DNA from: Yuukianura sp. NJ FZ-2021
Taxonomy: Eukaryota
Direction of reading: 5' to 3'
NCBI GenBank assembly: GCA_046563655.1
Contig: CM102288.1
Coordinates: 3,658,001-3,722,000, forward strand
Length of the DNA: 64,000 nt
A program made the position numbers and the translations under genes. The notes under the pieces were generated by a model that had not been told where the DNA came from, made no database searches, and worked only from the letters and a program-made list of their open reading frames with translations. This document shows positions 50,128 to 63,100 of this stretch, one piece after another. Position 1 is the stretch's first letter. Every line of letters begins with the position of its first letter.

Positions 50128-51946
50128 AATAAATTTTGCAACAGTTTAGCAACTTTGTCGTCGTTTACTGCAAAAAGAATGGATTCAAAAATTCTATAGT
50201 GCTGACGAAGTTGCAATGTTTTTGAGTTTAGTTTCTTAAATTTGAACTGAAATGTATTATTCTACTTCTGCAAATTGAAATTCACTCCAAACTTTTCAAA
50301 TTCGGAAGATAATTGGCAATTTGAGAAACCGCAAAGTTTAAGATCAAAATGTGTGTAAAATTTTGGCAAAAACTTGTTGAAGTAAAGGCCGAATGTGTTA
50401 GCGGAACGTTTTGAAATAAAAAAAATCACACAAGACTTCCTTGGTCATAAAATTTTGCAAATTTTCAAAAAATTTGCCTCGAAGTGGAAAAGAACCAATC
50501 AAAACCGCCAAAAAATGTCTGTCAATCACAATTGTTTTTTTTAGTATCATTGCAAAACGTGAGGCTACATACTGGAACGAAGTTTTTGAAAAAAAAAACA
50601 ATTACTACTCGAAATTATACAAAAACTCCTAAAAATTTACATTTTCGAATCATTTTCGCAATCATTTCAATCCCCTTAAGAAATTTTTTGTAGCTAGCCA
50701 AAAATTACGCTTTTCGACAATTGCTCTAAAAATTGAACAAAAACGGTAAATATTTTGTTAAAAAATTTCGGGATTTTTAATTGTTGTTGTTTTTCTTCCG
50801 CAAAGAGGAGCGTGTTGGTTAGTTCATTTCCTTTTGTTTGTTCAAAATTGAAAAGACAATGGAGAATTACGGCAGTAAACTCTTTTCTTTTGAAGAATTT
50901 TTGCAATATGAGTCCAAAGTTCTTTAAACATAAAATCTAAAATTATCCAACAAAGGGGTGACTTTTGTCTAATTTTAGATTTTGCAAGGAATTAAAAATT
51001 TTAGTGTTGCAAATTGCATTAATTTTATGATCCGTGCTAATTTCTTTTCGAAATTGAGCATTCCTGACCACAAATCTACCAAAAATTGTATCAAGTTTTT
51101 GGAAAAAATAAGCAAGAAAAAAAATTGCCAAGTTTTTCCAGTTTTTGTCTCTACGCAAACCTGGACTTCCAAATTCGCAAAACCCCAAATACGGAAAAAC
51201 CCTTGCAAAAAGATTTCAGCAGACAATAAATTGTTGTTGCATTACCTCACAGCGTCTACTTGAGTATTCTGACAAGTCCTTGACTCGTGATTGAATTAAT
51301 TCCAGAACACGACTACGGAGCTGCTAAATCCAAAAGTCAAGTTTTAGCACTCTTCTGCTAAACTGAAAAAAAGAAGAAGCTCAGTTGAATCACAAAATCT
51401 CCCTTTTTGAAATGTTGTCTAGTCAAAATCTGAACGTTAAAAATTATGCCATGGTTGGAAGAAGACTAGAATCCTTGAAGCACCCTCCCCTCCTACTTTT
51501 AACTTTTTTTTCGTACTTTAACTTTTAAATGGATTTGATTCAATTTAAAAGTCTTAGCACTTTGCAACTTTTCTCTTCCCAGGGATTTGAAATGGATCCT
51601 GAAGGCTCTTTTTTGTCTACAAAACTGTCGTGAGAAGTGAATTTCCGAGTGAAAAAAAAAGAAGTTTGTGGACACGTCGAGCCGACGAGGTATCATCAAA
51701 AACAATTTGCAAAAAAATTGGAACAAAAAGTCCGCAATTTTGACACCGACACAAGGAAGCTCTTTTCTAACTGCTGCAAAATCGTGTCTTTGTGATCACA
51801 AAAATGTCACATCACAAACCAACACCATAAACACTTTTCTGACATGATCTCCTTCTTTTCATCGTCGGCTTCTTTTCAAAAAACGAAAGACAAAAAGAAA
51901 TTTTTGAACCGTGTCGTATTTGTTTGAGAAAGAAATTGTCGCATTT

Positions 51947-52030
51947 TGCTGACTTTGTTTAGGTCAACTTTTAAAAAATCTACTTCTAAAAAAAATGCTG
52001 ACTTTGTTTTAGGTCAACTTTTTAAAAAAA
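51947..52030. repeat. Short local direct duplication (~32 bp core, two copies)
   Basis: TGCTGACTTTGTTT(T)AGGTCAACTTTT(T)AAAAAA occurs twice, ~49 bp apart. Confidence 0.7.
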
Positions 52031-53593
52031 AAGAGTCATTTTTTTAAGAAAAAAAGAACCAAAATCATAATTTTTTGTTAAACTTACTCAAGTAGATGAT
52101 TGACAAAAGTGTCAAGATTTTTGAAGAGTCCTAATTTTCTCTAAACTGTTGTTCAAACAGCTCCGCTCACAATTGAAAAATTTTGAAGTAAAAAAAATCC
52201 AAATTGGCCAATTTTTCACTTGAACCGAATTCCGTCCAATTTTGACTGTCAATCTTCCAAATTCATCTTAAACTGGAAAATGTTCATGAAGGATTAACTA
52301 CAAAAATTTTAAATTTGTCTAACTCTAATGTTTTTTTCTAAAAGTTTAACCTTCACAAATGTCCAACTAGGAACTGGATTTGTCTGGAACGAGTTTAGAG
52401 TTGCTGTTTAGTATGAAAATTCGAATCTTTTGTCTTTTTGGGCAGTCTATTGTCAAATTGAACTACTCCTGTATGTTTCTGTGGAGGTGGAAGACTAAAC
52501 TGAGACTATAACAATGGTTTGTTCCTTATAAAAATGTAAAATTTGAAACTTGTATTGAAACTAACCCTCCAAAAAAGAGGGAACTCCATTCATCCCCTCC
52601 ACTTCCACTAAAAGTCAGGTGAAACTGGCCTAACACTCATCAAATTCACCTATAAGCTACGCATTAGGTTAGGTTTTTGGTTGAAATTTGTGTGAGAGAC
52701 GGACAATGGATGAAGAGGAATTGAAGGACTTCACACCTTCTGCAGAAGCAAATTCAACATAGCATTCCTTACAAAAAAAATGAACAAATCACAAAATTTT
52801 AAAATTAGAACTTTGGAAAATGTGTCGCTCGAAGGCATTTTTGGTTTTGAAAACAACTTCTTTAAAAAATTCATTTTTAGGTAGCAATGCGTTGCATTCG
52901 AGTTAAAAACCTAAAATTGAAATCTTAACAACTAAAGTTGACCACCGACAAAACGCAAACTACTTAACTAAGGTTCGCAGTTGGAAAAATGGCATCAGAT
53001 GAAAAAAATTGACCCGAATTTTTTTAAAATGCATAACACAATTGGTAAATAAGCGTCTTTCGATAACTTCTTCGCGGTTAACCGAGAACTTCATAGATAG
53101 AGTGAGGCCGTTAAAAATGCGTTTTATCTGGATCTAATACCACTAAAAATAACAGTGGCCTTGACATGGACGCAGTTGACATTCGCATAACCCCGAAAAC
53201 TGATGTGTCCGTGCCAACGATTTTTAGTTTCTCCTAAAAGTAATTAGTGGTGATTTAATTAACTTAACTGAAGAACAAACCTCTTAATTGTAAACTGCAA
53301 TTAAAATTTTAATTTCTTTTACATTTTTTCTGGGCGAACCATGCCTCTTACCGCAAACCCCAGTAAACACGCGCTTCTTTAAAAAATGCAATGGCAAGCG
53401 TCTTTTTGGTTTCGCAGGAAATCAATTTCCTGCAGTCTACCACACTCACACACCAATTCGCAAAATTAAAGCCGCCTTTAACTTTTTGGCACAAAAAAGT
53501 TGAGCAAATTCTGGAAATTTAATTAAGAATCAACAAGAGTTGAAAGTTGTAAGGATTCTGAGGCAGGACTTTACTAAAAGCTTAACTCTCGGA

Positions 53594-56500
53594 ATGGAGT
53601 TGAGGAGGAAGTTGACCTTTGACCTCGCAGCTTCTGTGGGGCTTCTGTTGTTGTTGACTGTTTTGACTCAAGTTAAATCCGAACTGAAGTGTCTGGCAGA
53701 CGTTGATGCTAGTGTGTACCCAACGTGCAAAATTGTGGACCATGGGACACACGGTGGTGACTCGTTTGAATGTTTGCCAAAATGGGGAAACAGCATTTTC
53801 TTGCACAAAGGTAAACAAAACAACAACAAATTCAAAAAATGAAAACACAAAAACGAGGAGTTTTTGTTTTTTAAATTGCAGATGGAAATATCACGCTGGA
53901 CTGCTCTGCTCCATTTCCGATTGACATGGACTATGAAGGGGTCAAGGTAAGACGAAAATTTTTAAACTTTCAAAAAATTTTCACTTAAAAACTTTGAAAT
54001 TTTATATTCCGAATTGCGCAACAGCCAATCATGAACCTGCACATTGAGTTCTACAAGAAACTAGGAGAATCTGGAGCTCCCATGACTTTCGGGGTCAAAG
54101 TCGACATCACTGCAAAACTATTGGAATATTCTGGAGACTACATTTTCCACCCCCTGGGGGAACCTGATAAAAAAGTGACTATTTACGTCTTTGCAGAAAG
54201 TGAGAAAAATTAGTCCAATGTCCATTTTTTGTTTAAAATGTAAAAAATTTCAACTTTTTTTCAAAATTTAGAAAGAGACTTGCCCCAGTTTCTGGACTTG
54301 ATTGAAGGAAAACCAACGCTGGACGCCTACATTGATCCGGCAGAACCCGATGCAATTGTCATTCCATGTCGAACTGCCAATTTCAACGCAAGCATTCTCG
54401 GACTCTACCTCGTAAATCTCAAGATTTTCAAAGCATTTCGGAAAGCATTAAAACTGTTTTTAACTTTTGCAGAATTTTGAAGATTTGACAAAAGAAATTG
54501 ACGGAGTAAAACTGCGTTATGATCCACGTAAAGGTTTCATCCGAAAAATCCCGCCACCGGATTCCGAAGACGGAATTTACGGTAATTATGAATGCTACAC
54601 CGAATGGAAAGCCAGTGGTCGTGACAGGAAAAAAGTTCGTGCTCGGGCCCCACCGTCTGACGATCCCACCGAAGATTATGGTGGGGAAGGTGAAGATGAA
54701 GAAGAAGAAGAGACGACAACGAAAGCCTCAGCAGAAAAACCAAACATGACACACATCCCTGACCTCATCACTTTCACTCCCCTTGAGGACAAAAAGTTCA
54801 AGGCAGAATGCACACTTCCGGTTGACATCGTCAGAGGTCACACCCCGTTTTTCGGAAATGCTGTCATGCAAAATCCGACTTCGGCTCGACTCAACCTCAA
54901 GTGCTCCCATATTGTAAGTTTTTGAAAAAATTTCGAGCCTAGCATTCTTTTCAAAATTTTACTTTGACCTTTGACCTCAGGATTCAAATTGTGGTGAAAA
55001 CATTCGAATTCTGGGAACAGTGACGAAACCCCCCAACAACCTTGAAATTCCCCACGCCCATGCGTCTGGATTGGTTCAGTGTACAGCCGGACTCAACACG
55101 CAGATTCTGGAGTACTTTACTGGAGCCGATGACCAAATTTGTAAGAATTTCAAAATTTTGTAAATTTAAAAATTCGAATTTTTTTTTGTCCTTGCAGATT
55201 TTGACTGGAATGAGGCTTTGGCGAAAAATGGCTTGGTGAAAGTCATTCCGGCCGAGAATTACACAAGTTACACAATCCATAAAAATTATAGTTTTACTTG
55301 CGTTTTTCCAAAATACGTCGCCGTACTTCCGGTTTGGTGGGGAATGAAATACGAAAATGGAACCATGGTAGACTCATTTGGTAAGTTTGAAGAAAAAATC
55401 AAAAATTTTTGGAAATTCAAATTTTGAAATTTGAGTCTTTTTCGAAACAGAGTACAGTTCAACCAAATCGTTTGACTTGGACATGGACTCAACTGAAATT
55501 CACTGCGGCGTGTCAATTTGGAACGAAACAACCTGGTACAACGCTTCCATGCCGATCAAAGTCGTTGGTATGTCCTTGACGATTCCTTTGACCTTGAACT
55601 TGACCTTTACATTTACCTTTACCTTAACATTTATGCCAATTTCATGACCTATAGATTTCGTCCTGCCTGTTATGAAGAGTTCGGACGCAGACAGACGCAA
55701 GACGTTCAAGAGCAACGAACCGAACCAAGTCCTCCGTTGCGACGTTGAACACACGCCAAACACTAAGCTGGAGTGGTTTCGCCAAGGGAAGGTCAGTGAC
55801 CTCAGTGACCTTTAACTTTCTCAAAATTTAAAAATTTAACATTTTTGACATTTTTTTTGAAAATTGTAGAAAATTGAAGACATTCCTACATTGGACATGG
55901 GTGACTCGTTGGTTCTGTTTTTCCAAGAAATGAATTCCACTTATGAAGGGAACTACACTTGCCGTGCTTCTTCCAAATCCACTTTCGTTGAAGCAGAATA
56001 TCAAGTAGTGTTGGATGATACTCCGACAATAAAAGGTGACAATTTAAAAAATAATAATTGAAGCTTTTCAGAATTTTTATATAAATTTTTCCTACTTTTG
56101 ATGAAGGTGAAGATGAGGATGACGAAGAAAGTTTGGCGAGGAAAAGAAACAAAAGTTGCAAAGGCATTGGAGAAATGACGCTTCACCACAGAGACAATGG
56201 AAGTGTACGACATCTTCATTTTTCATAATTTTGATAACAAAATTTTAACTTTTTTTGAAAAATTACTTTCACCTGAAACAGGAAGTTGCTTCTCTGGAGG
56301 ATATCAGTTCCAGTGAAATCCTCGTTCTCAGATTTTCACCTCAACTGGGTTGTGGCGGAAACCAAAGTGCTGCTGCTGCAATTGAAACAATTTTATCCAA
56401 AAGTCAAATTTTGGTGAAAGTTTATGACCCGAATGAAGTTGCGCCTGCGCATCCTGGAGTGCCAATTCACGTAGGGTCAGGTCACTCGGGTATTGTCATG

Positions 56501-57193
56501 GGTGAACCCCATTCAGGTAAATTCGAAATGACGGTGTACGTGGAATTTTGAACTTTCTATTACAGTTTGCCCGTTTCCATACTCCTTTATAGTTGAACAG
56601 AAACTTTAGTTGTTGTATAATTTTTGAACTTTTTTTTTTGTTTTTGAAATCAATTTTTTGTTTACAATGACCCAGGATTAGGCGGAGGTCATATGCCATT
56701 TGAGTTTGGAACAACAGGTATTTTCCCTCGTTTTTTTCACAGAAAGTAGAAAGTGCAAGTTTTTTGAATTTTTGAAAACCCATTTTGAAACACTCAGGTT
56801 ATACTGCTCTTGGGCTGGGCCAAGCCCCGCCAGGTAATTTTGACATTTGAATTTTGAAATTTTTGACTTCTGTGTAGATTTTTGTATCAGTCGAATTTGT
56901 AAACGGCGGGAGTAGTTTTTTGACACTTTTCAAAATTGTTGTACACAGAGGACATCGTAGGGAAAGGAGAAAGTGATGGAAACGAAAGAGGAGGTGGAAG
57001 CAGCAGTGGAAGGTCAGTGAACTCTGACCCCAAACGGACCAATCACAGGCCGCTTTACAACTACTTGCTGCCATTGGTCATTGGACTCACAGTGGCACTT
57101 GTCCTGCTCATCACTGCTTTCGTGTCTTACTCTTACTTTGCTGCTCCTTGGAAATCCAGGAAGATCAGCATCATTTCCTCAAACGAAATTTGA
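53594..57193 (+). CDS. VEGFR/PVR-like Ig-domain single-pass membrane protein lacking a kinase domain
   Basis: Signal peptide (LAASVGLLLLLTVLTQVKS). Ig motifs ITLDCSAP, VTIYVF, AIVIPCRTAN, LRYDPRKGF and GNYEC resemble VEGFR domains 1-2 (VIPCR..WDSRKGF). Further Ig-like exons (FTCVFP..W, VLRC..W, GTTLAVL) lead to a TM segment LLPLVIGLTVALVLLITAFVSYSYF and a TGA at 57191-57193. Confidence 0.72.
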
Positions 57194-60100
57194 AAACCCC
57201 ATCAAAAACTTGCTTTCGAAAAAAAGAAGATTAAAAATATAACATAAGCGAACTTTACGAACCTTGAACCCATCTTTAATATGAATTTTTATTGCCGAGT
57301 TTGAAAATACACTCTAAAGTGGCTTCATTTGCGTAATTGCAGTTCCTTTGCACAGTCTTAAGCTAATCTCAGGAGTAAAAAAATTTTCTAACTCCTGATG
57401 TTAACCTTTCATCTCTTGTGTTTGAAATTGTTAATTATAAAATTATGGTAAAATTCACCAACTAAAATAACAGTATTGTTTTACCTTCTTTTGTTACACC
57501 AAAACTTTCACTTTCAGGGAATAACATTTCACCATTCCACTAATTGCTAACCTAGCCAAACGTTACCGCCAAGTTTAAAACTTTTTCCGTTTGTACACAA
57601 AACCCATTTGTTTTAACAAAGTCTGTTCTGAAATGACTTTTTCGAAAAAGAAATGAATTGTGATGGTAGTTGGGCTTGAGCCTCTGTCCTTGTCATTTTG
57701 GTAAAATGCTTTCTCCACTCTGCTGAGTCATAAATTACAGTTTGTTTTCACTTCCCACTCCCAGTTGATTCATGGTTTTCCGCCTGTTTTGGGCGGCAGC
57801 AGAGCCACAGGTGATTTCCTGTGGAAACTAATGTTCCCATTGACAGTAATGGTCACATTGATTCCAAGAGATAAATAGTTAGTCTGGAAAGTGAAACCAA
57901 CAAAGAGCAAAGAAGGCAAAAAGTCAGCAAAATCGGCAAAAGTCAGCAAAGTCAATAAAAAACTCCTTCGTTGATATTTCTAGTTTTGTTCCTTCTCCTT
58001 CATTTTTTGAAAAGAGTTGAATTCTCCTGTTTTAATTTAATTGTACACAAAAAATTACGAGCCAACGAACCGCGGTGAAAAGTGACGGTTTGTTTTAAAA
58101 TTCAAAATCTCTCACACTTTCTAAAATTAGCGGCGTAGCGAAATGATGAAGACACTTTCACTTTTCCGCTTCGCTTTCTCCATTTGCCTTCCAATTGTCC
58201 CGAAGCCCCTTAAAATCCCCTGCCAAAACTTCATTCTCTCGCCTCACTCATTCTGTGTGGGTTTTCTCATTACTGCAGAGTAGAACACTATGAATTTTCG
58301 TAACTGAATTTTGAATTTTCTCGCCTTTTCTCAAATTCCGCTTTCTCTTCACTTTTAACTCGTTTTGTGTTGAGTTCGAAGCTCGCTGGCTTCGCTTAGA
58401 GCAAAAACAGGCTTCAAATTACTCTGCTTTCACTCAGAGGGAAAACACGACGGAGATAAACCTTACACAAAGGTTTTTCTTTCATAAAGAAATTCTCTGG
58501 ACAGTCATCTAACCGACTGGAACGTTGTACACCGTGACTTTCACTAAAAAAAAAAGTCTGAGCTAATTTTTTTTTCAAAAAAACCTTCCATTTTTGTAAA
58601 ATTTTAAAGTTTTAAAACTTAATCTAACTAAAGCTCATCTGAAGGAAGCGGAATAGAGAAGTAATTCTGTAAAATTTGTGTTTAAAGGCACCTTTTTCAT
58701 TCGTTTTGAAAGTTTTTACTTTTCTTCTCGTGTTTGAACTTTTTTTTTCAGCTGTATTAGTGCCTTTTTTGTTGTTGTTGCGAAGACTAGGCATTGGTTT
58801 TAGTGAAACTGCGAGGTTTTGTGCTTTCACTTTGACTTTGAGCTCGATCGAATTCAAAATCCCATTGCATAATAATGGAACTGAGCAGACGAGGAGAAAG
58901 TAGTGGCAGAGACTGCGGACAGTAAAAGTAAATTACATGGGAGAAACAGGCGGTTGTTGAGAAAGGGGGCCACGCATGCGCAGAACTACAAAGAGAAAGC
59001 AGTTTCGGCTAGACTTGAACCCAGTATGAGTCTTTTTACTCTGGAAGGAGTTTGGACACGAGAGAAAGTAAAACTAAAACCAACTTGTAGCATCTTTTTT
59101 TCATGAGGAACAATTTCTTACTTCCAACCCACAAAGGCACTTTCACTTTTCAACTTTTTATTCAAAACGCCCAGTTTCAGCTACGTGAATTTTCATGAGG
59201 AATAATTTTTTCAGGCTTTTTCAAAATTTTGAGACTGCGCAACCTCCTTTTACTTTAAAATATAAATAAATTTTTGTGTTTTGGTTTTGAATTTGAGTAG
59301 TACTAACATTAAAAATTAAGATTTGAATTGTGCGTGTAGCATGTTTGTGCTCCGTATGGGATTGCATGCATGACTCAAAGGTGCAGATTAGTTTAGCTTT
59401 TCAGGAAAAACCTGAAACTCCCGCCAAATTTAAACCATAAAGTAACCTCATCCGTTAGGTTATGTCACAGTTGCTCATTAGGCTAGGCTTTAATCCAGAC
59501 ATTTTGTCATTGTCACTATTCCATTTCCCGCTGCTTCGTGAATTTCAAGCCTAGGGGCTCATGGGCCACATATTACACTTTAATTTCCGTTTTCATTTAG
59601 CAGTCAATTCATTAGGCTTAAGCCAGATGCGTTGTGGTTTCCTGGAAAAACTGATATTTTTCGAAAACAAAAATCTGCCTAGGGAAAGTTCAGATTCTTT
59701 TTGTTTTCGGTTGGTTAAGCTAAGCTTGTTGTTTTTCATAACCAAAGCGAGTGGAAATTGAGTTGAGTCACGAGTGTGGGTGTAAATTTTTGGCGTGTAG
59801 GAGTCCGGTACTTAACTTTCTTCTGTACAAGATGTGGTAAAGTATAGGGGTATGGTTAAATTCGACCCCCACCCCCTCATCTCCCCACCCCCTCCACCCT
59901 CCCACTGCTTTCTCTTTACATGGTTAAGTTAGATCTATGCCTATATCGTCTGACGTCATTCTCACTTTCACCGAGTTCATTCGAAAGACGCAGAGGCAGA
60001 AGGGAAAGTGAGGTCGAAGCCCAGGGAGGTTCAGGAGGAGTTCCTCCGTCTCTTTAGTAGTTAGCTTCAGCTCTCCAGCTACAGTCGCCTAGCTCTACTT

Positions 60101-63100
60101 TCTAAAAAAATTAGAACAGGTTTTCTTAAAGTATTTAGAACAGATTTGGAAGAAAAAATGGTACACTAGACTTTAAACTAAAGTAGGACTTTCATTTTAG
60201 TAGGAAAGAAAGACAGCAGGCACGTAACTTTTTCAAAGAAAACTTTCTGTTTTCCAAATTAATTTGTTTTATAAAACTGAAAAAGACTTGCGTTTCAAAA
60301 AATTACGAAACAAGAAGTTAATTCCAAACAGAGTTTCTAAACGTGCAACCAAAGTTTTGATTTACAAAGTTTGAAACGTGAAACCGTATGGAAAGGAGAA
60401 ACCAAATTCTAAACCAAATTGTTAATCTTTGGAACTTGATACAACTTTAGAAAAACAAGAGGTAAGAAAAATTTGAAATTTCAAACTCAGTTTTTTAAGT
60501 TAAGTTTTTGATCTAAAAGTGTTCCAAATATTGAAATTCTGAAAAGAAGGAAGTTTGCTAACAGCTTAAAGAAACGGGAAAACTTGAATTTTTTGAAGTT
60601 AATTGTGGGCGGAAGGGCTGGAGGGAGTGAAAGCACGGAGAAAGTGAGGAATTGATCATTTCGCAGTCTGTCCCACGGCCATTTCTCCCTCATAAATCTT
60701 TGTTTACAGAATCTCAAAGTTAACACAAAAACTAGCGAAGCATATGGATAATGGCGCCTCTTTTTAATACCTTTTGTGCTTTCACTTTCTAAGCTTTCAC
60801 TTTTTAGCTAAATTAAATTTTCTATAAATAGTACAAAAACAAACTTGAATCTGATGAAAATGGAATTTGGAAAGCACAGTTTCCGTGATTTTTGTTGGTT
60901 TTACTTTAGGGCAAAAAGAAAGTAACTAAAGTGTTTTTTCTGGAACATTTTTTTTGGAAAAGTTAAAATGAGAAAAAGCACTTTTGTTCTTAGGAAGGAC
61001 TTATCGTGAACTAAAGCTTGGATCTTCTGTTACCTCCAAAATCTAGAGTGAACTAGGCAATTTTGGCTCCATTTTCACACTTTTTCAGCGAGAGTTTCAA
61101 AAAAGTAACTTTTGATGTTGGAAGGAACAGGTAGGTGGAACGAACATTGTGGAAACTTCTGTCCGAATTTTTTGTGAAAGTCGAGTAAAAGTCTTAATGG
61201 AATTTCTTAGTTTCACTTCTTGTACTTAGGACAAGGATGAGTCATTAACTGGTCCTGAGTCCCTAGAGAGGATGAGGGAAAGTTTGAACAAAGGAATGTG
61301 TGGGTATTATGTTGTTCACATTTTCAAAATCTGCCGCTGTGGAGCAAAGCAGTACTTTCTCCTTAAGTAACTAACGAGAACACAACCTAAACACAGTGGA
61401 TCAATTATTCGGAAGCGGAAAGTTTCCTCTTTACTTCACTTTGACTCTTTGAAAACTTCAAGTTAGACATTTCAACTTCAGTCACTTTGACTAACAAGGT
61501 CAAAGTTCAAACTAAGCGTAAAAGTCTTTAAACTTTCTCAAACTCTTTCAAAAGTTAGCAGGACTTTAGGTTCTTCTGCTCACTTCATTTTCAGACTACT
61601 ACTTCTATGTGAGATTTAAATTGAAAAAGTCCGGGAAAACTTTTTATTACAGGGAAAGTAAATTTTTATAAGTCTTGACTTTTTTTTTGTTCAATTAATA
61701 GTGCTTTGTGGTTAGCCATTTTCTATGCATTGTCAGTTGACATTTTTTGAATGTTGACATTTTTGCGGTGCCAAAAAAGTGGCAACTTTCATATTGACGG
61801 TGTCAACTAGAAGTGTCAAGTTACACTTTATGTTACTTAGCACTTAGACTTTTTGCAAAAGTAAAAATATTTTTCCAAACTATCAATTTCGAAGGATGAC
61901 AAGCAACGTTTAACCAAAAATGTCAAACTGTGGTTTGAATTCGAGATTTCCCGCCAACTTTTGCCATTTTAGCACTCAAAAGTGAAAGTCTGTTTTGGAA
62001 TTGAGAAGTTGCGTGTTCAAAGGAAGTCAGCTTTAATCTAAACTTTTTTTTAATTACAATTTCCATCAATCGCTAACTTTTTTTTACCTTAACCAATTCC
62101 TTTTTCTAGAATTTTTCAAATCAAAAATAATGCAAGAGAGAGTCAACTTTAATACAAAAGAAAATCTAATTGCAACTTTTAAGAAAAAGAAAATGAATAA
62201 GTGAGTGAAAGTGTTTTCTTCTTTGCATTTACTTTCTCCCCGCCCGCATTGCGCTAGTAATAAACAATAAAATTTTGTATGTCATAAACTCTTTTTTTCG
62301 AAATTAAATATTCACGGGATGCCTCTATTATTTTTGCTTTCTTTTTTTCGAAATCGGTTTTATTCAAATTTTGTGCTCCCGGTGCGGCTTTCTTTCTTCC
62401 CACTTTTGTTTTGTTTTGAAAATTGATTTTTTCGCTTCAAAGTCTTTTGAATTTGGTGGTTTGTGGGAAAGTGGAAGTGGCTGACTGTCATGCCTGAAAG
62501 TGAAAGCAGGCTGCTGCTGGAGACAGAAGCTACTGAATCTTTGTGATACGGAGTTATCTGTCACTCAACTTCTGCATCATCTGCTTCTTCATAACAGGAC
62601 ACTTGTGGACGGCCTCTCATGGACGATTGTACGTCCATGCAATTACCTGTCCATTAGTTCCCGCCCGTAGTAGACTAGATTGCTGGCTTGCACTTGACTA
62701 ACTTCCTTTGCTCTCTGAAAGTTTTTTGAGAAAAAACGGGATCCGTATTTTCTTCGGCTGTCAATTCTCTTCAAATTGCACAAGACACGCAGCACGATCT
62801 TCTTCTAACGCAAAACAACCAACTGCAAAGAAATCGAAACAAAAAGGTCAACAAAATGAGCTAAAGAACTATGCTAAACAAATGATGGAGAATGATTTTT
62901 TTTTGTGTTGCTGGTATTACTGTTGCTTCTTTTGTTGTGGACCAACCGTCTCTCCTACTGTTTAGTTTTTCTTTCATCTCTTTCTAACTTGGAAGATGAA
63001 GATCCGCGATCTCCATGTTCTGCTTGTCTTGGCTCCACATGCTGAGTATCTGTTGCACTTTCTCCAGTCTTTCTCCCATAAAACTCTCTTCACGCTTCGT

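Noticed and set aside
62364..63020. Possible exon(s) in a more GC-balanced stretch (for example minus-strand MDVQSSMRGRPQVSCYEEADDAEVE)
   Set aside because: Short, with no recognisable family and no convincing splice partners inside the window.
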